Below, one piece after another: positions 25,360-38,706 of a DNA stretch of 64,000 bases. A program made the translations under genes and the position numbers. The DNA is from Azolla caroliniana (Eukaryota; Plantae; Polypodiophyta): contig JBHGNT010000015.1 in NCBI GenBank assembly GCA_043228905.1, positions 18,848,001 to 18,912,000 on the forward strand, given 5' to 3'. The notes under the pieces are model-generated. The model saw nothing but the letters and a program-made list of their open reading frames with translations. It was not told the DNA's origin and ran no database searches. Each line of letters starts with the position of its first letter. Positions within the stretch are counted from its first letter, which is position 1.

Positions 25360-27338
25360 TCCCTCTTTCCTTTCTTTGGTCTATAATTCCTTATGTTTTC
25401 CTCATTCATTTAAAAATTAGACTCTAACACTAAGGGCTTGGACCTTCAAATAGTTGCTCAAAAGTTGACTCCACTGAAGTTTGCCACAAAAGTGCGAACA
25501 TCGACCAAACACTAGATTTCTCAAAATTCAATGTTGAAGGTTTGAATCTCTTCATTTGTGAAACTTCATTCATTCTTAACTCTTTATCTGGGATGATAAC
25601 ATGATGATTTCTGTTGCAGTCTTTTTTTAATCCTAAAACTTCATTCCTTCTTAACTCTCACAAAAACTACAAGATGATTTCTATGGCCATCCTTATGCAG
25701 CCCTATATCAAGGAACAAAAGCTGCAAAAAAAATTGTTAAAGGAATACATGAATTTCAATACATAAAATAGAAATACTTTCAAAAATCACACTAATTCCC
25801 AAAAGGCTTGAGATCAAGTTGTATTTGATTTCTTTTACAATAATGATCAACCATGTTACATTGGGTGAGAGATTAAGATGATGATGTATAGCACGGTCAC
25901 CTCGTCTTTTGTAATCATAAGCATATGGCACACACTCGTGATTCATTGTACCATGGTAATTTACCTATCAACAAAATGTGGGCCTTATTTCTCAAAATTT
26001 CTATCAATGGCAATGAGCTTTCTTCCTCATTTTATAGCCTTTAAGAGTCCTTTTACCAAAATAGAAACTTCCTATATACAACATGCCTCGTCACCTAGGT
26101 GATAATGGACTTTGGTGAAAGTGCATTCCTCATTTCATTTTTACCACATACCTCATTTTTATATCTTGTGGATTGTGGTTTTCCCTTTTTGTTGTGCATT
26201 CTGAGGTTCAAACCCTTAACCGTATGGTTCTGTTATTGGTTTGATCCTCATCTTCTCTTGACTTCCCAGTTACATCTTCAACCAAAAGCATAACCTATTA
26301 TAAAACTTGTATTTTACATGTCCATAGTGGATTCATCTTTGTTGGGCATGACGATAATGCTCTCTTTATTGACATTAGGACCCAAGATCATCCTACTAGG
26401 TACCACAAATCTTTTGGCAGGGTAAGGATAAGATGGATTGTGTGTCACCTCCAAGTTCATGATGGATGATCAAGATGAAAATTCATTTGTATCAGAAAGT
26501 CAAAATATGTACATGTGGCACAAGTAATACATTAGGAATGGGTCTTTGTCACTACTAAGTTGAAGACCATATGGTATTAATTAAGTTCAATAACTTAAAT
26601 GATTCCTTGTTTACAAAGCAGCTTTGTCCCGATTAAATAAATGGATTATAAAGTCTTAATTATGCTAATTCTTTAATAAATGTGTATTCACATATGTCAA
26701 AAACCATAGTCACTAATCACCTATAAAAGATCATTTTTGTCATATAACTAATTTCATTTCCAAATCAATCACATTTAGATTATGGTGTTTATTTGAGAGT
26801 CAAGACTCAAGACATAATTGGTTTTTTGTGACAAATTCACCATTTCTACAATTCACGTTAAGGTACAAATTAACCATTTCTACAATTCAGATTGGGGTAA
26901 CTGAATGACGCACACTTTAATAACAAATTCACAAGAAGGTTCATGAAACTCTTTGATATGGGGAAAACTTTAATAATATGTATCAAATATGTACAAGCAA
27001 AGTTCATGGAGATTTGAATTGTCACAATCTCGAGTTTAAAACCCAAATTCCATATTACTATGATATTAACTAGCGATTCAGTTTGATCAAAGGTGGTGTT
27101 TTAGGTAGTTTCAATGGAGGGGATGATTGTTTGGGCACCAAAACTGGTAGTTACTTAGCTCAAGTCTAGAAACACCCTCATTAGGATATGCATAGTGAAT
27201 ACCAAAGCATTTTTCCTCTGTTTTGGTTTATCCATTGTTCAATAACATACCTACGTATATACTAACACTTACACATGCACACACCAGTCACATTCATCAC
27301 TCATACACTCACCCATACATACACATAATTTCATAATA

Positions 27339-27455
27339 TTATGAATAGATCAAATTAATGATATTATTGAAAATAAAGAAATAAATGAGGACGTTGTTCC
27401 TCTCAAACATGCCGAGCAAAGGATTTCAAACATCATTAGTTTGATCTATTCATAA
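27339..27455. repeat. Inverted repeat / MITE-like hairpin (24-bp arms)
   Basis: TTATGAATAGATCAAATTAATGAT (27339-27362) pairs with ATCATTAGTTTGATCTATTCATAA (27432-27455), one G:T mismatch. Confidence 0.7.
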
Positions 27456-30400
27456 CATATACACGTAACCATACATTTGACCATTCATCATGCTTTTGTG
27501 CCACCAATTTACGAGGCTTTCGTTCGTCACAATGCTCATGAATTAACAAGGACACAACAAGTGTTATAAAATCTAATCACGTTGTAAAAGGGACATGACT
27601 ATGATTTCAAACTTGATTTATTAAAGGTTGTAGAGGGGTAAGTAGGATCTTTCTCACTTTCTCTATTGGCCCATTATACATACGTGGAACGACTTCAACC
27701 ATGTGTTGCCACAATTTCTTAACCGAAATGGAAACGCCATTCACATTGCTAAGTGCCCCATTTATTAGAAAATGATAGTAATTTACATGGTACTTTGCTT
27801 AATATGCACACACACGATAGAATCTTATAATATATTTTAAATATATGGTCATCAAATACATGATGGAACGCAATATGGTGAGATGAATTTTAAGTTTAGA
27901 AAATGTACAGTTGATCACTATAAAACTTTGTGATTGGATAAGATCTAATAACTGAATTTTTTTGCTTAAGGGATGTGACCAATGTGAAATATGATTTTAC
28001 ACTCAAGCACTAGAGGTGGGAGCCTCACACCACTACGAAAGAAGTTTAAAAACTAACATGAAAGTTCGGATGCAACGAGTACTTTTGATTATTAATAATG
28101 ATATCTAAACTAGTGGGTTCAATGTAATCTTTGATTGGTGGATATCTTTAAATGATAATGTTTTGGGAGTTGCACATCATTAAGTAGATTAAGGTGATTT
28201 TTAAATGGCAATTGAATTTCTTTATAATTGATGGAACCAAACCTTTTCAACATGTGGGGGTGATCAAAGTTATACTTGAAATTCGTCAACCAACTAAGCC
28301 TAATTGTACGTAAACTTGTATTTCGTCAGAACTAGGATAATTTTACATAAAATTTGAATGCCACATTCTAATCGTTGAATTTATCTATTTGTAGGAAATG
28401 AGGTCATTATATAATCAAGCGTGCTCACAAGTTTGTGGGTTTGTGAGGTTGTGCTCAAAGGGATCAACGCCACACTATTATACTAAAAGAATGTCACATA
28501 TAATAACATTGGATGTGACAAGGATACAAAATTATGAACATTACATATGCAGATATGTTGACCTTGAGCTAAAAAGTTGTTTACATAAAACTTTAGAACT
28601 AGTTGTCTAACAATCTTTCTTTGAGCATTTTCTTTTGAAGGCTTGATACTTGAGGAATCATTCCTTGGAATTTTTAGGTATCATGGATGTGGATAAGGGC
28701 ATCATTGCCATGAATGATATGCGTAGTAGTTAAGACCTTTTACCATTTTAGAGTACGAGTAATTCCCTTCAAATTTTATGCTTGATGTTTGAATGCCTTT
28801 ATTTAAAAGTTTAGGCTTAATCGTTAAGGGTTCTTTTCAAGGTGTTATTATCATGATTATGGATAGGCATAATTGCATGACTCTCATGATCATCTCTCAT
28901 ATGCTAAGTGCATTTAAGGGTTCTTTCCTTAGGCTTTGGTTTTGATAATAAGAGATAAATTATATCACGGTTCTCTCCTATGCTTTCTCCAAGCTCTTGT
29001 TATTTTTATATATAATGAGCAATTATGTGCACGCAAAAGCACATGTGCATACAACCCTTCTGAGCTTATATCAAGGTTCGGGAGTGGCAATATAATATAT
29101 CATGTGTAACTTTCATAAGGTAAGGAATGTTTCACTTGCTAATTCAAAACCCTTGCATTAGTGTTGCGAATTATATTACTCTACTTGAATACTTTAAGGG
29201 TGGCCTAAAGGACCGCAACTTAGTTAGCATCTACATTACAAACTCAACTTCTCCTATATTGGTACATAGATGTGTTGTGCTGCAAGTCCTTAAAAATCGT
29301 GGTTCTAAGATATATTGTTAATTTTAAACTAGGAATAAGTTAAGGTGTGGACGATCAACGCTATTCCTTCAAATTGGCAAGCCAAATGTTTACCTCTATA
29401 ATAATTCATTTGATATGTACCCTAAAATTCGTTGGCCAAATTGTATGCACATATCAAACTATTGATCACAAGTAGGAGTTCTTGTAAAATAATGACATCC
29501 CTCTTTTTAGATACAAGTGAAAGCTTGTCATTATGTGTAGGGAAAAAGGCATAAAACCTAGAGTTGTTATGTGCAAAGATATTCTATGTTGACACATAAT
29601 TCATGTAATGATATGTTCTACTTGATTTTTGTCATTCCTAGAAAAATGGTGGGCGAATGTGTATATATGCACAATGTGCATATGAGATTGATGGGCAAAC
29701 ACGTTTAGAATAATTTGCATATAGTTCATATAGATTTCGTTCTCTTTATCATAATATTATTCATTTGACAAGCTTTTGGTGATCAACAGGGATATTTTCT
29801 TGAAAATCACCTGTATATGAAAGGAATGGGAATATTTGTATGTATTTGTAAGGAACATTAGGTGAAGATTCATGCAAAATGAGTGTACACACCTAGAATC
29901 AATCAACCTATATTATCGTTGCTCATACACATATAATCAAACATAATAGATGCACTAGGAAAAATTGGGGCAATGGGAATATAAAATGTGGAAGCAATTA
30001 CCCTAAATCGATTACAATGGGGAATATTGCAAATTAATGGAGTTTCTTCGATGGACATAAATATGCTATTTTACATCCTTTGTTTGTGCATGAACATGGG
30101 TGTATGTGTGTGTATTTATATAGAAGGGGATAGATGGGATATGTGATATGCACAATGTACGTAGGTGTGTGTGTATGTGCGTCTTAGTTGCAGGTATTTA
30201 CACATGTACACACTCTAACTAATCTTAGCATGAAGGTAAAGAAATGTGCACACACAAATGTCAAGGTAGAGAAGTACATTGTACCTAACCATCTTACGAA
30301 ACCCCCCTCAAAAAGAGGATATGACTTGATTGTAACGGCCCTACTACGAATGAGTTGGTGGAACTTGGCACATATGTAACAACTACCAAGTGGACACATA

Positions 30401-30895
30401 ACCATCTCAACAAAAGAGAAGAAGAATGTATATCCCACCTTGGTGAATAAAATAAGATACAAAAAAAAGCAAACAAAAAAAAAGCATTGTGGCTCCACTA
30501 AAAATCTCCACCACAAGCTTTTGTGAAGGGAAAAAAGCAGATACACATATAGACGGAGTTTAATGAGCTTGTATACGAAACTCATTATATATGAGAATAT
30601 GTGATTCAAACTACTAGGGTGACACTTCTATGCACACAAATACTCCCTCTCCCTCTCATGTTACAAGCAATAGTAAGTGACACCCATATATATTTCATTG
30701 CATTTCTCCTCTCCTCTCCCCTCCTCTCTCTCTCTCTCTAGGTCTCTATAGAAAGCCAAACTTGGAAACCATACACACATACATTAACTCTCTTTATTCT
30801 TACTACTAATAGAGTAGTAGTACGAGGTGAACATTTCTTAACATAGGTAAGAAAGTACATAAGAAAGAAGAGGTTCATAAGGGAATTGGAAGGTG

Positions 30896-31069
30896 ATGAT
30901 GGATTGGAGCATCTCCGATATAGTCGATGCTGTGCTTGCCCCTACCTCCATTGCCCTCTTGGTGGCTTATCATGCCTTCCTTTGCTACAAGGTCCGAACA
31001 TCTCCCCTCAACACTGTCATGGGCATCAATCGCAAGGCTAGACGACTTTGGGTGTACGACATGCTCATT
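30896..31069 (+). CDS. DUF599-family membrane protein, exon 1
   Basis: MMDWSISDIVDAVLAPTSIALLVAYHAFLCYKVRTSPLNTVMGINRKARRLWVYDMLI resembles the plant DUF599 N-terminus; phase-0 GT donor at 31070. Confidence 0.88.
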
Positions 31070-31339
31070 GTAATTAAATTCAAAACAAAAATCTCTCTCT
31101 TATTATTGTTTTATTATTGTTTGGGCTTGCATTAGTGGTAAGCATTTTAGACAATCAACATTGTTGCATGTTATGATATTCCTATGTATGATAAGCAGTG
31201 TAATATTATATATAGATCAATCCAATAATGCAAATGATTTCCCCCACTATAGGCATTTGAATACTAACCTTAGTGGCATATATGATACAATTTGATGGAT
31301 TCATACAATCTGCTTTCATTTGATTATGCTTCTTAATTA

Positions 31340-31640
31340 CAAATGACAATTTCAACCATACCCAAACTAAGCAAGCATACAAGTGCTACACATTGTTGCA
31401 TGTTATAATATTTTCCACCTCGAATATTGTAGACCAATTGAAGATTACTACTTTTTGCAACCCTAGTTACCCTAAAGTAGTCTTTCCCATGGCAAATGAC
31501 AATTTCTATGAAACACAAAGTAATTAGGCTGCATGCATACAAGTTGAACACATTGTTGCATGTTATAATATTCAAGTTTTTTCTACCTTGAATGTTGCAA
31601 ACCAATTGAAGAATAGTGTTTTTTTAGCCATAATTACCCT
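31340..31640 (+). repeat. Degenerate ~150-bp tandem repeat in DUF599 intron
   Basis: Two copies of CAAATGACAATTTC..GCATACAAGT..ACACATTGTTGCATGTTATAATATT..ACCAATTGAAGA..TTACCCT; partial third copy near 31157. Confidence 0.65.
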
Positions 31641-33153
31641 TGGATATCTCTCTTCTCTCTGTCGAACTCCCTAATATTAGTGGCTACCATGATATGGTTT
31701 GCACATAATGAACTCATAATCACTAATATATTGGAAACAAACTTGTTGATGGTAAGGGACAATATTTAAGTACCACATTAATATTTGAATGCTATTCTTT
31801 ATCCTTAGTTCAAACCATATTGCATGTTTTGCCATCTATATGTTCATGTAGCATATGGTTTATATGCTTTTCCAACCTTTGATTATGGTAGATTAACCTT
31901 CTATATAACAACTTGTTTGCCGCTTAATTCAAATGCTATGATGTGATTCAAATTAATGTCAAAATCATTTCCCATTCATAATCAAATGCGAAACATGCAT
32001 TCTAGTTGTCTAGTCCATTGGTATCATAGTAAAAGTTATGCAAAACAACATGGTTATATGATGAAATCCTTCCAAATGAGGGAGTGGCTGCCATGGTCAT
32101 TGATTGAACTATACGAAAAAGTGTATTTGCTTTAGAAGAATAATGACCAACTTCTTGTTGATACATATTGTCATGACATAATGAGCTTTTAGATGTCTAT
32201 CATAATTCCATAAAGCATTGAATGGTGAAGAAAAACAAAAGATTGGCATGCCAATGTGTGCCTATAGGGTAAAAGTTATTTTCCATTTTACCAAAACTTA
32301 TAAGCTTATTACTTGTACAAGTGTTGAACGTCTTAAGAATCTCTATTTTCAACCTTGTAAAAGAGTTAAAACCTTACTATCAATATCCATCACATGGGCT
32401 AAGTTAAAATCTATAAGGTTGAGTATGCCCTCCATGAGATAGGCTAGAATTGCAATCCTATACCCAACAATATCAAGTAGTGGTCAATGTTGCAAAATAC
32501 TTGAACGCTCAGTGCGAAACATGCCGAGTTGATGTTTTTTTACCTTTAGTATTATTTGTTTACAACAAGCTTTGAATCGTTTCCCAATAAGATCGTAATA
32601 AAAAAAAGCAATAACATGGAGTAGTTAGTTTTTAATAAGCTAGGTTGGACATCTATTTAAAAGTATTGTTTTCAACGAAACTTCTTTCCAAGAATGAACC
32701 ACTTTTGATTATAGTGAGCATTAAGAATTGAAAAACTTTAAAGTCTACAAATGGCGTGGATCTTTGGATGATGTTGCTAAAACATGCTCACTTTGCCTAA
32801 TAAGAAAGTTTGAAAGATGCGCCAAAGAGATATTGGGAATCATAACCATCTCGAAATACTAAGGAAAAGAATTTTGAGAGAATCTAGACTAGTGCATTTA
32901 ATTTTCTTTAAGTAATTGAATCTAGGAAGGAGTAGAATGTGAGGCAAATCATTTTTTTCCACTTCGCATAAGTAAAAAAATCACTCCACTTACATGATCC
33001 ATAAAACATATCATCCACTTACATCACTTTTTAAGAATATTAAACAAGATTGGGAAGACTTTACAAAATCAACACGTTCATCTAGAAGAGAGTGATTTAA
33101 AGAAACCGCGAATTTATTATTGATCCAAGATTTTCGATTCAATATTTGTGTAG

Positions 33154-33747
33154 GAGAACCACAAGAAGAATGTGTTGGCAGTCCAAACATTGCGGAATAG
33201 TATCATGGAATCGACATTGATGGCTACAACGGCAGTTCTGTTGACCGCGGGCCTTGCTACCTACTTCACCTTTGCAGCCACTCTCAAGGAACTTCCCACG
33301 GTGTCAGCTGCAATCACGGGTCGATCTAGTCAACCTATCGCGGGCACTGTCAAGTCGTTCGCGGTCATTGCGTGTTTCATGGCCTCATTTGTGTGTCACA
33401 CCCAATCCATTCGCTTCATCAACCATGTTAATTACATGGTCAATGTACCAATGACAGCTTCCTTGCCTCGAAATGGTGTTGATGGCATTGATGGCTCATT
33501 TCTCACTGCAGAATATGTGGCTGACCTTCTAGAGCGTGGCACTGTGCTCTACACATTGGGCTCACGTAGCTTCTACATGGCATTCCCACTCTTGTTATGG
33601 GTCTTCGGTTCAGTGGCTATGTTTGTCTCCTCCATCCTCCTCCTTCACGCGCTCTACAATTCTGACTTCGTCAACTCTCCTCCAAAACCCATAACCAAGT
33701 CACTCCACAATCATGATCACGACCTCGTACTTCATGTCGACCCTTAA
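33154..33747 (+). CDS. DUF599-family membrane protein, exon 2 (spliced product about 255 aa)
   Basis: AG acceptor (TTGTGTAG) ends 33153; ENHKKNVLAVQTLRNSIMESTLMATT..SIRFINHVNY..GSRSFYMAFPLLLWVFG..LYNSDF are DUF599 motifs; in frame with exon 1. Confidence 0.9.
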   Translation, partial: ENHKKNVLAVQTLRNSIMESTLMATTAVLLTAGLATYFTFAATLKELPTVSAAITGRSSQPIAGTVKSFAVIACFMASFVCHTQSIRFINHVNYMVNVPMTASLPRNGVDGIDGSFLTAEYVADLLERGTVLYTLGSRSFYMAFPLLLWVFGSVAMFVSSILLLHALYNSDFVNSPPKPITKSLHNHDHDLVLHVDP

Positions 33748-34460
33748 GAGCTTATTCATGATGTTGTAATAAACGACGATCGATTGACAAAGTGGCTAGT
33801 ACACACAACTTACATGCACATTAAGGACTTTTTACAAATTTCACATTTTGTGTGTGTTGTTTCTTCTTGTAAATCTATTAACACTCCTAATTGGTTTTGG
33901 TATTCAAGCATGAGTTTCTCTCCTTTTAAGGAAGATGTTTTAGGTTTTACCTATACTCTTAATCTTAAACGGAAGAGGGTATGGTGAGTTCTAGTTTGCA
34001 CAGTTTCCTATAGCAACAATAAGCACATTTTCTCTAATATCAATGATGTAAAAATGCAATGTACACATGGAAAAATAAAATATGTGACTTTTGTTTGTGC
34101 CATCAAAGGACTCCATCAGGGTGCAATTTGTTTTGTTTAACTTGCCTACCTCACTAACATTGTGTGTGTGGTTGGCCTGTGTACATTTTTCTAGTCTCCT
34201 CCATGAAAGAAAGAGATATAGAGAGCCTTGTGTGAACACATGGGGTGAAATTTACATAATTTTTATTTCTGACTGTTGGCTTGGTGGTTTACATGATAGC
34301 ATAAAAGCCATCCTAAAATTGATTTTATCATAAGAGAACACAAAAGGGGATGTAAATGGCAACCCACCATTTTGGTGTTAATTGGCATCTCTTCATCGCT
34401 TTGTCTACAGGCAAGAATCCTCATTGTTTTTGTAAAACCGTATTGACTTCATCTTGAAAC

Positions 34461-35031
34461 GGTTGAGAATCGACTTTGGCTACAATAAGTTAATACACGT
34501 TCGTTTGCAGGTGCAAAGAGCAAAAGTCGACAATACACAAACAACCGAATCAGAAGTACAAAGCACAAGTGTTTTACGTGGAAAACCCGAAAAGGGAAAA
34601 ACCATGGGAGTCAACGAACTCCGAACTATATCACTATCGATAAGAGGAATGTACAATAAGAATCTCATAGAAGAGTTGCTCACACACACTCTCTACTTAC
34701 TGTCTCACTCTCACTTAGTTACAGAGGCAACAACCAACAATAACTTATCAACAAAGATCAACATTGCATTATAACATAACTACTTGCCCTAACTATATTT
34801 ATACTCATACACTATATGAGCTATTTACAAATATAGCCCACTAAGGGCACATGGAGGTTATTTACAAATCTATCCTCGAGACGGCTTCGGCCGACTCGGC
34901 TACTAGCCAAATCGATTATTCGGTTTGTCGATTTTTCGCTCAATCAATTTTTGGCCTCGATCGAGTTACCCATTGAATCCATCCGATTCGACTCAGGCTC
35001 TTCCCATCTTGAGGGACTAGCTTTCACAACA
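34461..35031 (-). mobile_element. Solo LTR of a Tnt1/Tork-like Copia
   Basis: TSD GAAAC (34456-34460 / 35032-35036); terminus GGTTGAG (TG mutated) ... CAACA; shares TGTTTTACGTGGAAAACCC and GCTATTTACAAATATAGCC blocks with LTR 58929-59568 and close variants with 907 and 2555. Confidence 0.82.
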
Positions 35032-35415
35032 GAAACAAGAGGTTAACATAACAGGAATAATAATATTAAGGTAGGATAAGCAAAATTAAGATAAAAGAAA
35101 CCCCTTATAGGCCGAGAACTATTAGATTAAACAAGAAAAAAAACCCTTTATAAGATAGGGTGTACAACGATTCAAGTAGGCAATGTGTATTACAATGGTG
35201 GCAACAAATGTTAATCACTAAACAAGAAACGAAGGCGGAAATAAGATAGGAGGGGAGGGTTGAAGCTTTCGGTGTAGGCGAGTCGAGTGGATCGCCGAGA
35301 CCGCAACTACCTCAAACGACTATGATGCCTCGATTCAAAGTAGTGTTCTCAAGCCACCGCATCCTCTCTTTGAAAAATCAACATGTGAGCTTGTCGAACC
35401 TCTCCTTAAGGCTTC
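34855..35415 (+). repeat. ~560-bp direct duplication, copy 1 (copy 2 at 42109-42670)
   Basis: AGGTTATTTACAAATC...CCTTAAGGCTTC is present on both sides of Copia C; the copies differ mostly by transitions. Confidence 0.92.
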
Positions 35416-35785
35416 TAGTGAAAAGAACAACGTGCAGAAGCAACAGAAAACCAAAGGTAGAAAAGAACACGGGTTTAATGGAAACCTTGGACACACACAG
35501 TACACGGGAGAGACAAAGAGAGAGAGGGGGGGGAGGGGGAGAGACAATACACACAACACTCTTCAAAATAATAATACTCAATCTGTACATAGGATGTGCT
35601 CAGTGAGCACTTTTATACAACTCCATATGGATTGAGCTCATAAATGAGCTCTACACTAACTTCGAAAATATATTCCTATGCGGAATATCTTTCCAACGGC
35701 CTCGCGGTTTACGCACCGCTACGATTTCTCATTGTGCATTTGTTTGCGTAACAATTTACGCACCCGGTTTACACACCGGTCTGGC

Positions 35786-36250
35786 CTAACTGATCGGTCC
35801 CAACCGATCCGGTTCTAGTCGATCCGGCCAATGTTGAGCTTGTATCTCAACACTCCCCCTCAAGCTCAACTTCAGGCTCTTCTGGTTCTTCCGGATCACT
35901 ACTCCGGTTTCTTCTGGCTTCACGCCTCGACCCTTCCGGTCGGCGTGTGTGCTCATGCGGCCCTTCTCAGCTCCCTCGCTATCGCGGTGTTGGCACCTCT
36001 TCGGCTGCCCTTTCTTCTGCTTGGCCCTCGATTGATTCGGCGTCTCCGAATCAAACATATGAACCGAATCAACTTCCTCTGATCGGTTTTCGCTCTCATC
36101 CGAGTTGACTTCATCTCCCCCATGCTTGGCGGGCTTCGGCTCTTTCTTTGGACTGCTGCCCTCACGTCCACTTTCGAACTCTTTCACGGATCCGCCCTCG
36201 GCTTCTTCATCTGACTCGGCATCATGTTCTCTTCCGCTCCTTTCCTGCAC
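35786..36250 (-). other. Charged low-complexity reading frame downstream of RNase H (putative Pol C-terminal extension)
   Basis: 154-aa ORF, one base out of frame with RH end DVPNL; reads through the terminal PPT as KLSLRGSVEIQ. Confidence 0.55.
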
Positions 36251-38706
36251 CCTTCCGTGGTCTTCTCTCCCATCAAGTTCGGCACATCGAGGTGTCGCAA
36301 CCCAAGCGCACCCGAGAATTGCCGCAACTTGTCGAGACCAAGGGGCTTGGTGAAAATTTTGGCGGTCTACTGATCCGTCGGAACATACTGAAGTTTGACT
36401 TCACCGGAGAGGACACACTCGCGGACAAAGTGGTAGTGCACCTCAATGTGCTTAGTCCGGGCGTGGAAGACAGGGTAACTAGATGTTGTTGAGGTTGTCG
36501 CAATAGATCTTCGTCGGATCAAACACCTCCACCTGCAGATCCTTAAGTAGCCATTTCAGCCAGATGGCTTCGCATGTGGCGACAACCGCTCCTCTATACT
36601 CGGCTTCGGTGCTCGACAGTGCAACTGTCGGTTGCTTCTTGCCACTCCATGTGATCACGGCGCTCCCAAGAGAGAACGCGAATCCGGATGTGTATTGGCG
36701 ATCGCCGGTGTTTCCGGCCCAATTAGCATCGGTGTAACCGACTAACTGCGTGACAATATCGGTCCGATACAATAGCCCCTGGTCCTTAGTGCCACTGACA
36801 TACTGGAGTACGCGTTGTGCACATTGAAGGTGCTCCTCAGTTGGCCGCGCCATGAACTGACTAATCACACCGACCGGGTAACTGAGGTCTGGTCCAGTGA
36901 TAGTCAAGTAGATAAGGCTTCCAACAATTTGTCGGAACCTCTTTGGGTCGCAAACCTTTCCAGAGTCGGGGCAAAGCTTGACGGTTCTATCCAGAGGAGT
37001 TGAGACGGACTTACAATCTGCCATCCCGAACTTGAAGAGCATACCCAACACCTAATGTCGTTGGATAATCAGTATGCCTTCGGGGGTACGGATCACTTCA
37101 ATCCCGAGGACGTAATGAAGGTCCCCCAGGTCCTTCATGTCAAATGATGCCGCAAATTGGAGCTTTACACGATCAATTTCACCTAGGTCAGCGCCGATGA
37201 TGACCAAGTCATCAACTTAAAGTAAGATACTAACCGGCCCAAGTCAGCCTTGCCGAATGAACAGTGAAGAGTTCGATTTGGATGTTGCAAATCCCATCCG
37301 ACACAATCGCTGTGTGATTTTCACGTTCCAAGCACGCGGGGCTTGCTTTAGTCCGTAAAGGAACTTCCTCAACCGACAGACTGCCGAAGTGTTCATTCCA
37401 GAGTGAAATCTGGGGGGTTGTACCATATACACCTGTTCCTCAAGCTCGCCTTGCAGGAACACATTCTTGACATCCATCAGATGTAAATGCCACCCCTTCG
37501 CCGCTGCTACGGCTAGCAGAACATGCATGGTAGTCATCTTCACGACAGGCGTGAAGGTCTCATCGTAATCCACATCGTGCTTCTGCTCGTAGCCTTTCGC
37601 TACTAATCGGGCCTTGTATCGATTGACAGAGCCGTCGGTGTTGTACTTGACCTTGTACACCCACCTACATCCGATCGGGTTCACACCCTTCGGTACGTCA
37701 ATTAGGTCCCAAGTTTCATTCTCCGCTAATGCGCACATCTCTTCCTCCATTGCAGCATGCCAATTTGCGTCCTTCGCCGCGTCTGCGTAGCTCTCCATCT
37801 CACGCACTTCCGCTACACGCGTCATGTGTGCATAGTGATGCGTCATGTACTCGTTGTATCCGAACCGCACAACAGGGTTCTTCTGGCGAGTAGATCGGCA
37901 TAACTGCTCATTAGCCGATGTTGAGGCTTTCTTGGCTGATGCAGACTTCGCTCTCGAAGGCCCGTCATCGCTCTTCTCGGAGTCCGATTCACGTCGATCC
38001 GTCTTGCCCTTATCCGTGTCATACTCCAGCATCGTCTTCTTCCCTTTTTCCTTGCGCGTAAACCGTCTCCTAGGCTTCCTGCGCAAGGAATGCACGACCG
38101 AGTCTCCACTACTCGCCGGCTCTTCTTCGGACTGGTCAAACCAACCCAGTCGCTCGTTCGGTCCACTTTGCCGAAATGAAATCAGACTCTCATCGAGGGC
38201 TACGCAGACACGGTCATCCAGAGGCATTTCAGCCTCGCTAACCTCATCGTCAGAACTCGGGTCCGAAGATCCGGAGTTGGAGTTGAGGTCCGGAGTCAGA
38301 GGCAAGTACCAGGACGCGGACTCGTCAAACACAACATCGTAGCTCACGCGAGCTTGTTTGGTTCGGGGGTTATAACACTTATAACCCTTTTGTTCGTCCG
38401 AATAGCCGACCAAGATACACTTCTTGGCTTTCGCATCCAACTTCCTCCGTTTCTCCTTCGGCACATGCACATACGCAATGCTACTGAAAACTTTGAATCG
38501 TCGTAGATTCAGCTTTCTTCCGAAATACAGCTCATGCGCCAACACTTTGTCTCCGATCCGATTCTAGATGTAGACCGCGGTTCGTATTGCTTCGGCCCAA
38601 TAGAACTTGGGCAAGCTCTTTTCTTCCAGCATTGCCCGCGCCGCTTCCACAACCGACCGATTTTTCCTTTCAACTACATCGTTTTGCTTCGGCGTATACC
38701 TGCAAC

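Noticed and set aside
25700-26500. Possible decayed coding remnant (LINE or DNA transposon)
   Set aside because: No motif identifiable in any frame.
28390-28612. Possible small solo LTR (TGTAGG...TCTAACA)
   Set aside because: No TSD, no second copy, and no PBS or PPT in the window.
30184-30609. 141-aa hydrophobic minus-strand ORF upstream of DUF599
   Set aside because: Low-complexity T-rich translation with no motifs; likely promoter-region noise.
30847-30895. GTG start at 30893 and a possible 5' UTR intron donor (AG/GTAAG) at 30847
   Set aside because: ATG at 30896/30899 is the expected eukaryotic start; no convincing acceptor without transcript data.
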